Shown here: positions 18,595 to 29,000 of the stretch, in pieces
How the letters are laid out: each line of letters begins with the position of its first letter
How positions within the stretch are numbered: position 1 is the first letter of the stretch
Source of the DNA: Telmatocola sphagniphila
GTDB taxonomy: Bacteria; Planctomycetota; Planctomycetia; Gemmatales; Gemmataceae
Reading direction: 5' to 3'
NCBI RefSeq assembly: GCF_018398935.1
Contig: NZ_CP074694.1
Location: 1,290,001 to 1,322,000, forward strand
Length of the DNA stretch: 32,000 bases
Made by a program: the position numbers and the translations under genes
Notes under the pieces: generated by a model
Database searches by the model: none
Told to the model about the DNA's origin: nothing
Seen by the model: only the letters and a program-made list of their open reading frames with translations

Positions 18595-19413
18595 TTAATG
18601 TGGACCATTCAGGGCCTGCGACAATTCCATCACAACTTCCGACACGGCCTTTATACCCGGGCCTGAATTGTGGGGGTCGATTTTTTCCATGAGACGAACG
18701 ATCGCACTCCCGACGATCACACCATCCACTTCATCGCGGAGCATCTGAACTTGTTCTTTTCGACTCACCCCGAAGCCCACGCATAACGGAAGCGTGGTTA
18801 GTCGGCGCAGCTTCGACAGATATTCCTTGATGGTTTCTGGCAATTCTGCCCGCTCGCCCGTAATGCCGACTAAACTCACGCAGTAAAGAAAGCCCGACGA
18901 AATCTGCCCTATCTTCTGGATTCTTTCGTCGGAAGTCGTCGGCGTCACAAGCAGAATCAGCTTCAGATCGATTTGCCGAGCCAACGCCGCGATCGATTCA
19001 GTTTCTTCCACAGGCATATCGGGTACTATCAATCCGGATAAGCCAGACGCCTTGCAATGGAGCAAAAACTTCTCGGTATTTTTTCGGTGGATGATGCTGT
19101 AGGAAACCATCCCGACGATGGGGGGCAGCTTGTGTGCAGAGTTCGAAGTGACCTCGTGAACGGTTTTCAGAATCTCATCGATCTTCAAACCATGGCTCAA
19201 AGCGCGAGTATACGATGCCTGAATTACTGGACCATCGGCGACCGGATCGCTAAAAGGGAAGCCAATTTCAATAATATCCGCACCTGAACCGGCCAAGCTC
19301 AGGATTAACTTTCCGGTGATCTCCAAATTGGGATCCCCGGCCGTGATGAATGGTATGAACGCTTTACGCTGGCTTTTTTTCAGTTCTTGAAAAAGAGAGT
19401 CAATCGGGTTCAT
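18595..19413 (-). CDS. trpA: Tryptophan synthase alpha chain
   Basis: [33 protein letters not shown] and GFGVS motifs are present. ATG 19413 overlaps the trpB stop (ATGA). The track start at 19449 is TTG. Confidence 0.92.
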   Translation of the reverse strand: MNPIDSLFQELKKSQRKAFIPFITAGDPNLEITGKLILSLAGSGADIIEIGFPFSDPVADGPVIQASYTRALSHGLKIDEILKTVHEVTSNSAHKLPPIVGMVSYSIIHRKNTEKFLLHCKASGLSGLIVPDMPVEETESIAALARQIDLKLILLVTPTTSDERIQKIGQISSGFLYCVSLVGITGERAELPETIKEYLSKLRRLTTLPLCVGFGVSRKEQVQMLRDEVDGVIVGSAIVRLMEKIDPHNSGPGIKAVSEVVMELSQALNGPH

Positions 19414-20633
19414 GCACGCTCCGCTTGAAGCCGCGCCACTTCGGCACAATCCTTATCGCCACGTCCTGAGAAGCAAAGGATCACTACATCCTCCTTTTTG
19501 CGTTTGGATGCAATATCCATGGTCGTGACTAGGGCATGGGCAGTTTCCAGGGCCGGAAGAATCCCTTCCAGTCGGGAACAGAGTGAAAAGGCCTTCAGGG
19601 CTCGGTCGTCATCGACGCTGCAATAATGGACCCGCTTGGTGTCTTTCCAGTAGCTATGTTCTGGACCAACACCCGGGTAGTCCAGACCGGCGGAAATCGA
19701 ATGCACCGGAGCGGTCTGTCCGTCATCGTCCTGAAGAACATAAGTGTAAGTGCCGTGAAGGACCCCTGGCTGACCATAACTAATCGTGGCCGCGTGCTCT
19801 CCGTATTGCGAATTTCGGCCGCCGGCTTCAACGCCGACCAACTCTACGCTAGAGTCGTCGACGAATGGATGAAACATCCCGGCCGAATTGCTACCGCCGC
19901 CCACACAGGCTACTACAACATCGGGCAATCGGCCGATTTGTGCCAGAGCCTGTTCTTTGGTCTCTATCCCGATACAAGCTTGAAAATCGCGAACCATCAT
20001 GGGGAAAGGGTGGGGGCCAATCGCGCTGCCAATGATGTAATGAGTGTGTTCGACCGAGGACATCCACTCCCGCATCGCTTCGTTGGTGGCATCTTTTAAG
20101 GTTTTACTGCCGGAATTGACAGGATACACCTCGGTTCCCATGGCTCGCATGCGAAAGACATTCAATTCCTGCCGACGGATATCCTCCGAACCCATATAGA
20201 CTCGGCAGGTTAAGCCGAACAAAGCCGCCGCCGTCGCACTGGCCACACCATGCTGACCTGCTCCGGTCTCTGCGATTATGCGTTTTTTGCCCATTCGCTT
20301 CGCAAGCAGCGCTTGGCCGATCGCGTTATTGATCTTGTGGGCGCCCGTATGGTTCAGGTCTTCCCGTTTCAGGTAGATGCGGGCTCCTCCCGCTTCCCGG
20401 GTCAGCCGTTCTGCAAGATAGAGCCGGGAAGGACGGCCCACGTAATCGTGAAGCAGTCGCTTAAATTCGGCCTGAAATTCCCTGTCCCCCCGAACCTGAG
20501 TGTAGGCCGCGGTCAACTGTTCCAGTGCGAACATCAAGGTTTCTGGGACGTATTGCCCGCCATAGGGGCCAAATCGGCCTCGCGAGTTGGGTACGGCCGA
20601 AGTCGCCGTGAAGTCAGGAGATTGAACGGTCAT
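19410..20633 (-). CDS. trpB: Tryptophan synthase beta chain
   Basis: [31 protein letters not shown] (PLP lysine), [10 protein letters not shown] and [10 protein letters not shown] motifs are present. AAGGAA lies upstream of the ATG. Confidence 0.95.
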   Translation of the reverse strand: MTVQSPDFTATSAVPNSRGRFGPYGGQYVPETLMFALEQLTAAYTQVRGDREFQAEFKRLLHDYVGRPSRLYLAERLTREAGGARIYLKREDLNHTGAHKINNAIGQALLAKRMGKKRIIAETGAGQHGVASATAAALFGLTCRVYMGSEDIRRQELNVFRMRAMGTEVYPVNSGSKTLKDATNEAMREWMSSVEHTHYIIGSAIGPHPFPMMVRDFQACIGIETKEQALAQIGRLPDVVVACVGGGSNSAGMFHPFVDDSSVELVGVEAGGRNSQYGEHAATISYGQPGVLHGTYTYVLQDDDGQTAPVHSISAGLDYPGVGPEHSYWKDTKRVHYCSVDDDRALKAFSLCSRLEGILPALETAHALVTTMDIASKRKKEDVVILCFSGRGDKDCAEVARLQAERA

Positions 20634-20776
20634 ATCTATTCCTTATCCGGGTGCGAGGGTTATTCTTCGGGATTAAGATCGAGAATTCAATGCCCTCTAT
20701 TAGTAGTCCTGCCAAGACCTCTCGAATCCGGTAACATAATCGATTCTGTATGAATGAATAAGTGGGATGGATCACG

Positions 20777-23290
20777 ATGAAAGTTTCCTTACGCTGGTTG
20801 CGCGATTATGTGGAAGTTGATTCCGATGTGGCCAATCTCGTCGAACGCTTGACCATAGCAGGACTTGAGGTTGCTAACGTCCGCTTTTTCGGACTCGACA
20901 TACCGCCGAACTTGCGCGTAAAGATAGAGGAAAAAGGACCAGTCTGGGCTCGCGATAAAATTCTGACGGCCCAGGTTTTAAGCATCGAAAAACACCCCAA
21001 TGCCGACAAACTGAAACTGGTCATGCTGGATATGGGTACGGGTACTCCCAAACAGGTAGTGACCGGGGCCCCGAATATTGCTGTCGGAGAAAAAGGGCAG
21101 AAAGTCATTCTGGCACTGACCGGTTCGGTCCTCTTCGATGGCCATGCAACTCCCAAAGTATTAGCGGAATTGAAGCCGACTCAACTGCGAGGTGTCCCGA
21201 GCGATTCGATGGTTTGCTCGGCTTATGAACTCGGAATTCACGACGATCACGATGGAATCATTCTTTTGGAAAGTGATGCCCCAGTTGGTGTTCCGCTGAT
21301 GGATTTCATGGGGGATGCTGTACTGGAAGTGGACGTCCTTCCCAACATGGCCCGCTGTTTATCTCTCATCGGTTTTGCCCGTGAAGTGGCCGCTCTGACT
21401 GGAAAAACAGTTTGCTTGCCTAAGCCAAAGGTCGAATCCAGCCAGGAGAGCATCACCGGAAAGGTTCAAGTTTCAATTGAAGATGGGAAGAAATCGGCCC
21501 GCTATCAGGCAAGAATTATTCGAAATGTTCAAATCGGTTCTTCTCCCGGCTGGATGCAACGACGGCTGCAATACAGTGGCGTGAAAGTCATCAGCAACGT
21601 GGTGGATATCACCAACTACGTGCTGATGGAGACCGGACAACCGTTACACGCCTTCGATTACGATGTTCTGCTGGAAAGGGCAGGCGGTAAAGTACCTCAT
21701 ATCACGGTTAGAGCTGCCAAAGCGGGCGAAGTTCTTGTCACCTTGGATGGTGTGAAAAGAGAACTCACGGCTGAGAACCTGGTCATTGCGGATAATCAGG
21801 GACCGATTGCTCTCGCCGGGGTAATGGGTGGGCAGGATACCGAAGTTACGGGCAAGACAAAGAATGTCCTGTTGGAAGCGGCGAATTTCGATTTCGTTTC
21901 CATTCGAAAAACCAGCAAACAATTCAACATCTTCAACGACGCCAGCACTCGATACAGCAAGGGAATTCATCCGGACTTGGTGGAATTTGCTGCCCTTCGA
22001 GCTTGTGAACTATTCCAGAAATATGCCGGCGGCCAAGTGCTTTCCGGCTTCGTGGAAGCTTATCCCGCTCCGCTCCCGGAGCAGAAAATTACGCTCAAGC
22101 AGGATCAGATCAAGCGGCTTTTAGGCATTGATGTGCCCTCGGCGGAAGTCACTCGGATTCTGCGTGCCTTAGAATTCCAAATCACCGAAGTTCAAGACGG
22201 CTGGACCGTCGTAGTGCCTCCGTTTCGACTGGATGTGCAAGCCGGAGCCGCCGATCTCATCGAAGAAGTTGCCCGCGTCTACGGATATGATCGGCTGCCA
22301 ATGACGCTACTTTCCGGGGAATTACCCTCGCAGCGATTCGATCGGCCGCGTTACCTGGAAGAACTGGCCAGGGACACACTGGCGCTTTCCGGGTTACGAG
22401 AAGTAATCAATTATTCTCTCACCACCAAAGCCAAAGAATCTCCCCTTGTCGCGTCGCAAGCTCCCTATGTGGAACTACTGAATCCCATCAGTGCCGAACG
22501 GGATGTGATGCGTCAATCGATTTTGGCCAGCGTCCTCGACAACGCGGCACTAAACCTTCGAAATCGAGATACAGTACGTCTTTATGAGATCGGCTTGACC
22601 TACGTTCCCCAACCCGGCGAAGCTCTCCCCAAGGAATCCCGACAGTTGGCACTCGTGATGACTGGCCGGCGTTCCCTCGCTTCCTGGGACGATCCTCAGG
22701 GGCAGAAACCCACACTGCTTGACTTTTTCGATCTAAAAGGGGTGGTGGAATCCCTTCTTCTCGGCTTCCACACTCCGCGAGCTGAATTTGGCTCGGCAAA
22801 AGAGGTCAACTGGTTGCACCCCGGCCGCTCCGCGCGGATTACAATTCAGGACCAAATCGTCGGATTTTTCGGAGAGCTCCATCCTAAGGTTGCCGCGCAT
22901 TTCGATCTGGCGGACCGATCCATTCTGGTGGCCGAAATCAATCTTGAATCATTGTTCTCAGTGGTTCCTGAGCGTTTCGCCTTTACCCCGGTGCCGCGCT
23001 TCCCGGCCGCTCTGCGGGATGTGGCAGTGCTGGTGGATGATTCTCTAGCCAACGAAGCGATTTCCAAGGAAATTTTGGCTGCGGGAGGTGATCTTCTGAA
23101 GGAAGTTCGTTTATTCGATCTTTACAAAGGGGATACCATTCCCCAGGGTAAGAAGAGCCTGGCTTATTCTCTGGCCTATCAAGCCGACGATCGCACCCTC
23201 TCCGAAAAAGAGATCGAAAAAGCCCATAAGAAGATCGAAGACCGACTTCGCCATGTTCTGAAGGCCGCCATCCGAGGCAAGGATGCATAA
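20777..23290 (+). CDS. pheT: Phenylalanine--tRNA ligase beta subunit
   Basis: N-terminal MKVSLRWLRDYV, the tRNA-binding domain HPNADKLKL, B3/4 and B5 regions, and a C-terminal anticodon-binding-like domain (FPAALRDVAVLV...LFDLYKG). The track start at 20762 is GTG, and I prefer ATG 20777. Confidence 0.92.
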   Translation: MKVSLRWLRDYVEVDSDVANLVERLTIAGLEVANVRFFGLDIPPNLRVKIEEKGPVWARDKILTAQVLSIEKHPNADKLKLVMLDMGTGTPKQVVTGAPNIAVGEKGQKVILALTGSVLFDGHATPKVLAELKPTQLRGVPSDSMVCSAYELGIHDDHDGIILLESDAPVGVPLMDFMGDAVLEVDVLPNMARCLSLIGFAREVAALTGKTVCLPKPKVESSQESITGKVQVSIEDGKKSARYQARIIRNVQIGSSPGWMQRRLQYSGVKVISNVVDITNYVLMETGQPLHAFDYDVLLERAGGKVPHITVRAAKAGEVLVTLDGVKRELTAENLVIADNQGPIALAGVMGGQDTEVTGKTKNVLLEAANFDFVSIRKTSKQFNIFNDASTRYSKGIHPDLVEFAALRACELFQKYAGGQVLSGFVEAYPAPLPEQKITLKQDQIKRLLGIDVPSAEVTRILRALEFQITEVQDGWTVVVPPFRLDVQAGAADLIEEVARVYGYDRLPMTLLSGELPSQRFDRPRYLEELARDTLALSGLREVINYSLTTKAKESPLVASQAPYVELLNPISAERDVMRQSILASVLDNAALNLRNRDTVRLYEIGLTYVPQPGEALPKESRQLALVMTGRRSLASWDDPQGQKPTLLDFFDLKGVVESLLLGFHTPRAEFGSAKEVNWLHPGRSARITIQDQIVGFFGELHPKVAAHFDLADRSILVAEINLESLFSVVPERFAFTPVPRFPAALRDVAVLVDDSLANEAISKEILAAGGDLLKEVRLFDLYKGDTIPQGKKSLAYSLAYQADDRTLSEKEIEKAHKKIEDRLRHVLKAAIRGKDA

Positions 23291-24696
23291 TGGCGCAAAG
23301 GATAGCAATTGTAGGGGCTGGAATCAGTGGATTGAGTCTGGCCTGGCAGATCCGCAAACGGTTGCCGGATGCGGCCATCCGTATCTTTGAGAAAAATTCT
23401 CGGCCGGGTGGCAATATCTGGTCGGAACGCCAGGACGGTTTTCTGGTGGAAATGGGCCCAAACGGATTTCTAGACAGTAAGACCTCTACTCGAGATCTTT
23501 GCCGAGAATTGGGACTGACAGATAAGCTGATATCGGCCAGCGAAGGAGCGCGAAAAAATCGCTACATTTTCTGGAATGGTCGTCTCCAGGCGCTCCCCAA
23601 TTCGTTACTATCCTTTCTCGGTTCACGCTTACTGTCTTCAAAGTCGAAATGGCTTCTGCTAACCGAGAAATATCGCAGAAATCAGGCTACAACCGAGGAT
23701 GAAACAGTCGATGCGTTTGCCCGGCGCAGGGTAGGGGATGAAATAGCCAATATTGTTGCGGATGCGATGGTAACGGGCATCCATGGCGGCGATCCCAAGG
23801 TTTTAAGTGTCAAATCGGCGTTCCCCCGACTGGCAATCTGGGAAAAAGATAGCGGCAGTGTGCTGGGGGGGATGAAAAAGAATCGCCGACTGAAAAAAAC
23901 GGAAGCCCTTTCCAGAGGAGAGCAACCCCCGGGCCCACCTCGGATGTGGGGATTTCGAGACGGCTTAAGAGTTCTGATTGAAAAACTCGCCGAGGTTTTT
24001 CGCGATGAACTGGTGCTGAACGCCGATATTCAAAAATTGGAAAAGCTTGATGGCGAATGGAGAATCGTCGTCAATAAGGGTGAAGCGCGAAGCTTCGATA
24101 GCGTAGTCCTAACCTGCCCGGCCTACGCGCAGGCTAAAATTCTCGAAAAGATCGATCAAAAGCTCAGCCAGGAACTTAATGAAATTCCTTATAACCGTAT
24201 CGCAGTTGCGGCCTTAGGATTCCGAGGCATACCGACACAATTTCCCACCGACGGCTTCGGCTTCATCTCCCCCCAGTCCTTGAAACGGGATATCGTCGGC
24301 GTTCAATGGTGCTCCTCCATATATCCGGGGCGTGCGAACGAGGGGACTTCCTTATGGCGGGTTCTCTGCGGCGGTTGGAATCGACCTGAAATAGTAGATT
24401 GGCCGGACGAGAAGCTGCTTTCGGCTGTATTGAGCGAATTGAAAATATCGATGGGCGTAACCGAAGCTCCCGTGTTTCAAAAGATCGTCCGCTGGCCCAA
24501 GGCCATCCCGCAGTACCGCGTCGGGCACTCGAAGAAAATTAGCACCATAATGGAGCTATCGCACGCTCATTCGGGCCTATTTTTGGGCGGAAATGCATTC
24601 CGCGGCGTTGCGATCAATGATTGTACAGAGGATGCGACGTATCTGGCGGAACAAATTACCATGTATCTTCGTACCCCTGATAAAATGAAAATTTGA
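23290..24696 (+). CDS. hemY: Protoporphyrinogen / coproporphyrinogen III oxidase, FAD-dependent (HemY/CgoX family)
   Basis: N-terminal dinucleotide fold IAIVGAGISGLSLA...FEKNSRPGGNI, then FLVEMGPNGFLD, and the C-terminal GLFLGGNAFRGVAINDC. The ATG overlaps the pheT TAA by 1 nt (TAATG). Confidence 0.82.
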   Translation: MAQRIAIVGAGISGLSLAWQIRKRLPDAAIRIFEKNSRPGGNIWSERQDGFLVEMGPNGFLDSKTSTRDLCRELGLTDKLISASEGARKNRYIFWNGRLQALPNSLLSFLGSRLLSSKSKWLLLTEKYRRNQATTEDETVDAFARRRVGDEIANIVADAMVTGIHGGDPKVLSVKSAFPRLAIWEKDSGSVLGGMKKNRRLKKTEALSRGEQPPGPPRMWGFRDGLRVLIEKLAEVFRDELVLNADIQKLEKLDGEWRIVVNKGEARSFDSVVLTCPAYAQAKILEKIDQKLSQELNEIPYNRIAVAALGFRGIPTQFPTDGFGFISPQSLKRDIVGVQWCSSIYPGRANEGTSLWRVLCGGWNRPEIVDWPDEKLLSAVLSELKISMGVTEAPVFQKIVRWPKAIPQYRVGHSKKISTIMELSHAHSGLFLGGNAFRGVAINDCTEDATYLAEQITMYLRTPDKMKI

Positions 24697-24740
24697 CCTT
24701 GGCCATTCGCGATCCTTTTGTGATAGGATGCCCAAGGTTT
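24697..24740 (+). terminator. Imperfect hairpin between hemY and glgC, a possible weak terminator or attenuator
   Basis: ccttgg (24697..24702) pairs with ccaagg (24732..24737). Alternative inner pairings are cat/atg or atcc/ggat. The hairpin is followed only by ttt, and the structure is imperfect. Confidence 0.25.
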
Positions 24741-24765
24741 GGTACTACTCTCCTTGAGGCTTCTC

Positions 24766-26052
24766 ATGCGCTCCGTTTTGTGTTTAATCCTGGGGGGCGG
24801 ACGCGGTCAGCGTTTGTATCCGCTCACGAAACTTCGCAGCAAACCCGCGGTACCCGTCGCCGGGAAATATCGCCTGATCGATATACCTATCAGTAACTGC
24901 ATCAATAGCGGTTACAACCGCATATACGTCTTGACCCAGTATCTCAGCGTCAGCCTTCACAAACATATCGCTCAGACGTACAAGTTCGATATGTTCGGTA
25001 ATGGCTTCGTGGAGATCCTGGCGGCCCAGCAAACCAATGAAGGCTCTCACTGGTATCAGGGAACGGCCGACGCTATTCGCCAAAATTACCGGCAGATTAT
25101 TCAGGATCCCTGCCAGGATTGCATCATTCTGGCGGGTGATCAGCTTTACCGAATGGATTTCGGCGAGATGCTGACCACGCACCATAAGTCCGATGCCGAT
25201 GTCACTTTGGCAGTATTACCCGTTGGATCGGATACAGTCGGTGGCTTGGGCATCGTGAGAACTAACGAAGAAGGGCGAATTGTCGGGTTCGTCGAGAAAC
25301 CTCAGACCGCCGAGCAACTCAAGCCCTTCTACGTCGAATCGGACTGGATCGAAAAACGCGGAATTCGCTGCAATGGCCGGAACTATCTGGCCAGCATGGG
25401 TATCTACATCTTCAAGAAGCAAGCGCTGTTGGAGATGCTAGATACAAAACCTCTGGCGACCGACTTCGGGAAGGAAATATTCCCGCGCGATTATCCGACT
25501 CGACGAATAAACGTTCATCTTTTCGACGGCTACTGGGAAGATGTGGGGACCATCAAATCCTACCATGAAGCTTCCTTGGCGCTGGCGAGCGAAAAGCCAC
25601 CGTTCGATTTTCACTCGGCGCAGGGAATAATCTTCACGCGAATGCGATTTTTGCCCCCCTCGCGAATCATGGAGGCAGAATTGAAGTCCTGCATGATCAG
25701 CGATGGCAGCGTAATTCTTCCCGGGGCAAAAATTGAACATAGTTTACTGGGAGTTCGAAGCCGGGTCGGACGTAATGCAATCATCAAAGACTCCGTAATC
25801 ATCGGCTCGGATCGCTTCGAATCGGACGCAGAACGTGAGGTCAATCGCCGGAAGGGAATTCCAGATTTCAACATTGGCGATGGGGCGATCATTCACCGGG
25901 CTATATTGGATAAAGATTGTCGGATTGGGCGGAATGTGAAAATCTTGAACGAAAAAGAGATTATGGAGTTCGATTCTGAACTCTATTCGATTCGAGACGG
26001 CATAGTCGTGGTACCCCGGGGATCGATTATCCCCGATGGTACCGTGATTTGA
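24766..26052 (+). CDS. glgC: Glucose-1-phosphate adenylyltransferase
   Basis: LILGGGRGQRLYPLTKLRSKPAVPVAGKYRLIDIPISNCINSG, GTADA and the C-terminal left-handed beta-helix repeats. I prefer ATG 24766. The track start at 24739 is TTG. Confidence 0.9.
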   Translation: MRSVLCLILGGGRGQRLYPLTKLRSKPAVPVAGKYRLIDIPISNCINSGYNRIYVLTQYLSVSLHKHIAQTYKFDMFGNGFVEILAAQQTNEGSHWYQGTADAIRQNYRQIIQDPCQDCIILAGDQLYRMDFGEMLTTHHKSDADVTLAVLPVGSDTVGGLGIVRTNEEGRIVGFVEKPQTAEQLKPFYVESDWIEKRGIRCNGRNYLASMGIYIFKKQALLEMLDTKPLATDFGKEIFPRDYPTRRINVHLFDGYWEDVGTIKSYHEASLALASEKPPFDFHSAQGIIFTRMRFLPPSRIMEAELKSCMISDGSVILPGAKIEHSLLGVRSRVGRNAIIKDSVIIGSDRFESDAEREVNRRKGIPDFNIGDGAIIHRAILDKDCRIGRNVKILNEKEIMEFDSELYSIRDGIVVVPRGSIIPDGTVI

Positions 26053-26063
26053 TAATTCAAACT

Positions 26064-29000
26064 TTAGGCTTTAGCAGCCGCGGCTGCTAAAGCTCGAGTA
26101 GCCTGCGTTTCCGGTTCAACACCTTCCCCGAAAATCAACAGCAGCGGGCTGGCGATGTAAATCGATGAGTAAGTTCCCACGATAACGCCAATAACCATCA
26201 CAAACGCGAACAGGTGCACCCCGTCGCCGCCGAAGGCATAGAGCACGATAACCACCAGCCAAGTCGTCAACGAGGCCAGCAAAGTTCGCGATAGTGTCTG
26301 GTTTACACTGTCATTGATCATTTGCTCGGTTAACTTGGGGTTTTTGCCGCGCACTTCGCGAATTCGATCGAACACAACGATAGTATCATTGACCGAGTAA
26401 CCTACTAGGGTCAGCAAGGCTGCGACGGCCGGCAGGTCGATCTTGAAGTCTTTGAGACCCAGCAGTTTGCCGAAGGCCGTATCGTGCACGTAGTAGCAAA
26501 TCGCGATAGCACCCAAGGTGAAGCAGAGGTCGTGGATCAGGCAGATCACGGCCGCGGCTCCAAAGGTCCAGCTTCCGAAGCGGAACCACAGGTAGAGCAA
26601 GATGGCTAGCCAGCTAGCCAGAATAGCGTAGACCGCTCGATTTTTGGTTTCATCCGCCAGCGTACTATCGAATGTTTCCAGACGTTCCGGTTGAGGACGC
26701 GAAGCGAAAGCCGCTTCACCACTCTTCAAGAGTGATTCCACTTCCTGGGCATTGAGCTTTCGAGCAATCGGATTGTCGGCCAAGTCGAATCGCATTGTGG
26801 TATAGCGACCTTCAATGGCCGCGCCTTCCCCACGAACATCGATCAGATCGGCATTTCCGACTTCCGGGGCCTTCGTACGAAACTCTCGTTCGAGAAGAGT
26901 TTTCACGAAACTCGGAGAAGTGGGGACAGGCTCTTTGGTGGTCGGATCGATGAAGTTCAGAAGCCAATGTTTGTCCTTGGGAGTAATCGTAAAGTCGGTC
27001 GTTAGAAGCAAGCTGGCACCGGCTGCGGTATCGCCCTCGCGGCAAAGTCGGTCGAGAGCGATTTGCACCAATTCCGGCTCCATTTCCGTGGTACGGACCG
27101 TAAAGTACCGGCTATTGCTCCCCGACTGAGACTGCAGGAAAATTTGCTCCACGGACCAATCTGGCAATTGGCTTGCCCGCTTGGCGACCGCGGCTTCTTT
27201 TTGTTCCGTAGTTTCTCCCAACGGCGGATTCGCCAGCGTTACCTGCTGTTCGGAACCATCTTTATACTTGATGGCATAAATATTCTTAAACTTGCCGGAG
27301 GGATCCTCAACACTTTTCACAGAATCGATAGCCAGTAGGGTTTTCTGGCGTTCATCGCTGAGAAGGTGGCGAAGCTCCGATATCGACTTCTCGGTTTTGA
27401 ATTGGCCACCATAGGCCGTACCACCGACGAAGTCGACGTTCAAACCATTGGAGCCTCTCGCCAGGAAGAGCCCAAGTCCCAAAATTGTCAGTATCGCAGT
27501 TGCCGTAAACATTAATTTTCGGATGGCCATAAAATCAATGCTGGGCTTGCTGAAAAATCGCAGCATGCGAAGCTGTTTGAGCCAATTCCGATGCAGGCAG
27601 TAATCGAAAATCAATCGAGTCATAAAGAGCGAAGTGAACAAACTGATGATCAAGCCGGCGGTCAAGCTGACGCCAAAGCCTTTGAGCTGATCGTTACCCA
27701 CCGTGTAAAGCACGATGGCCGTGAAAATACTACTTAAGTGGGTATCGATAATTGTCGGGAACGCCCGATCATAACCGTTTCGAAGAGCTGTGGCGATTGA
27801 GTTCCCTCGATCTCGTTCTTCCCGCAAGCGTTCATAAATCAGAACGTTGGCGTCCACAGCCATCCCGAGCATAAGAACCAGACCGGCCAAACCAGGCAGG
27901 GTGAATGTGGCGTTGACGGCAACCATGAAGCCAACAGTCAGTAACAAGTTTGCCAAGAGAGCGAGGGAGGCGACCAGCCCGGCGAAGCGGTAGTAAATCA
28001 CCATGAAAATCAGAACCGCCACGAAGGCCAGAAACACGGCCCAGGTACCGCTCTTGATCGTGTCTTCACCCAGGGTGGCACCGATCGTATTTTCGCTGAC
28101 CGGAAGGGGTTTCAAAGAAGCGGGCAGGGCACCCGATTTCAAGATCTGAACGATCTCCCGAACATCCTTGATGCTACCGACTTCGATGATACCGCTGCCA
28201 CCGGTGATGGGCGAGTTGATCTGGGGAGCGGATGTGATCAGGCCGTCGAGAATAATGGCGAACTGACGCATTTGTTTGGTGCCGGTCGCGTCGCCCGAGG
28301 GCTTGTTCTTACGGGTCAATTTCGCGAACTGGCTGCTCCCTGCGGAATTCAGTGTGAATTCGAGGAAGTTGCGGCCTTTATTGCTGAAGCCGTTACCTTC
28401 GCGGGCAGTAATTGTCACCGAACCACCCACCTTGAGTGAGTCGCTGGATCGGGTCAGAATGAAGTATTCGTATTTGCGTTCTTCACGCTGCTGCTGAGAG
28501 AGCTTCAAGCTCTTGCATTCCCGGCTGTAAATCAGCATGGAAGAGACTTGTCCCTCTCCTTCATCGCCATTACCCCGATTAACTTGCAGATAAGCTTTGC
28601 CTTCTTTACGCGCTTCGGCCACTTTCATCCAAAGATCACCCTTGCCTTCGTTGGCGTTTTGCAGACCCAGGGAGGTCCGATAGCGATCGTCGATGGGAGC
28701 CCAGCTATAGGTGGCTGGTTCGTTTAAAGCGAGGAATTCCCCATCCGGAGCAGATGGACCCGGGGGAGGCACACCATCGATCGCAGCTCGCTCCAGGATA
28801 TCTTTATTGGCGGGATTTTCGAGATATTCCTGTGCTGCCTGAATCCCTTTCTTGTCGTCGGTATCCGCATCGTTAGCCAGCATTCGAAATTCAAGACTTC
28901 CGACCGCCTGAATCAGCTTTTTGAATTCTTCGATCTCTTCCTGATTCAGATTCTTCTTTCCGGTACCGACTTTGCTGTCGGCATCTCCCGTTGACTGATC

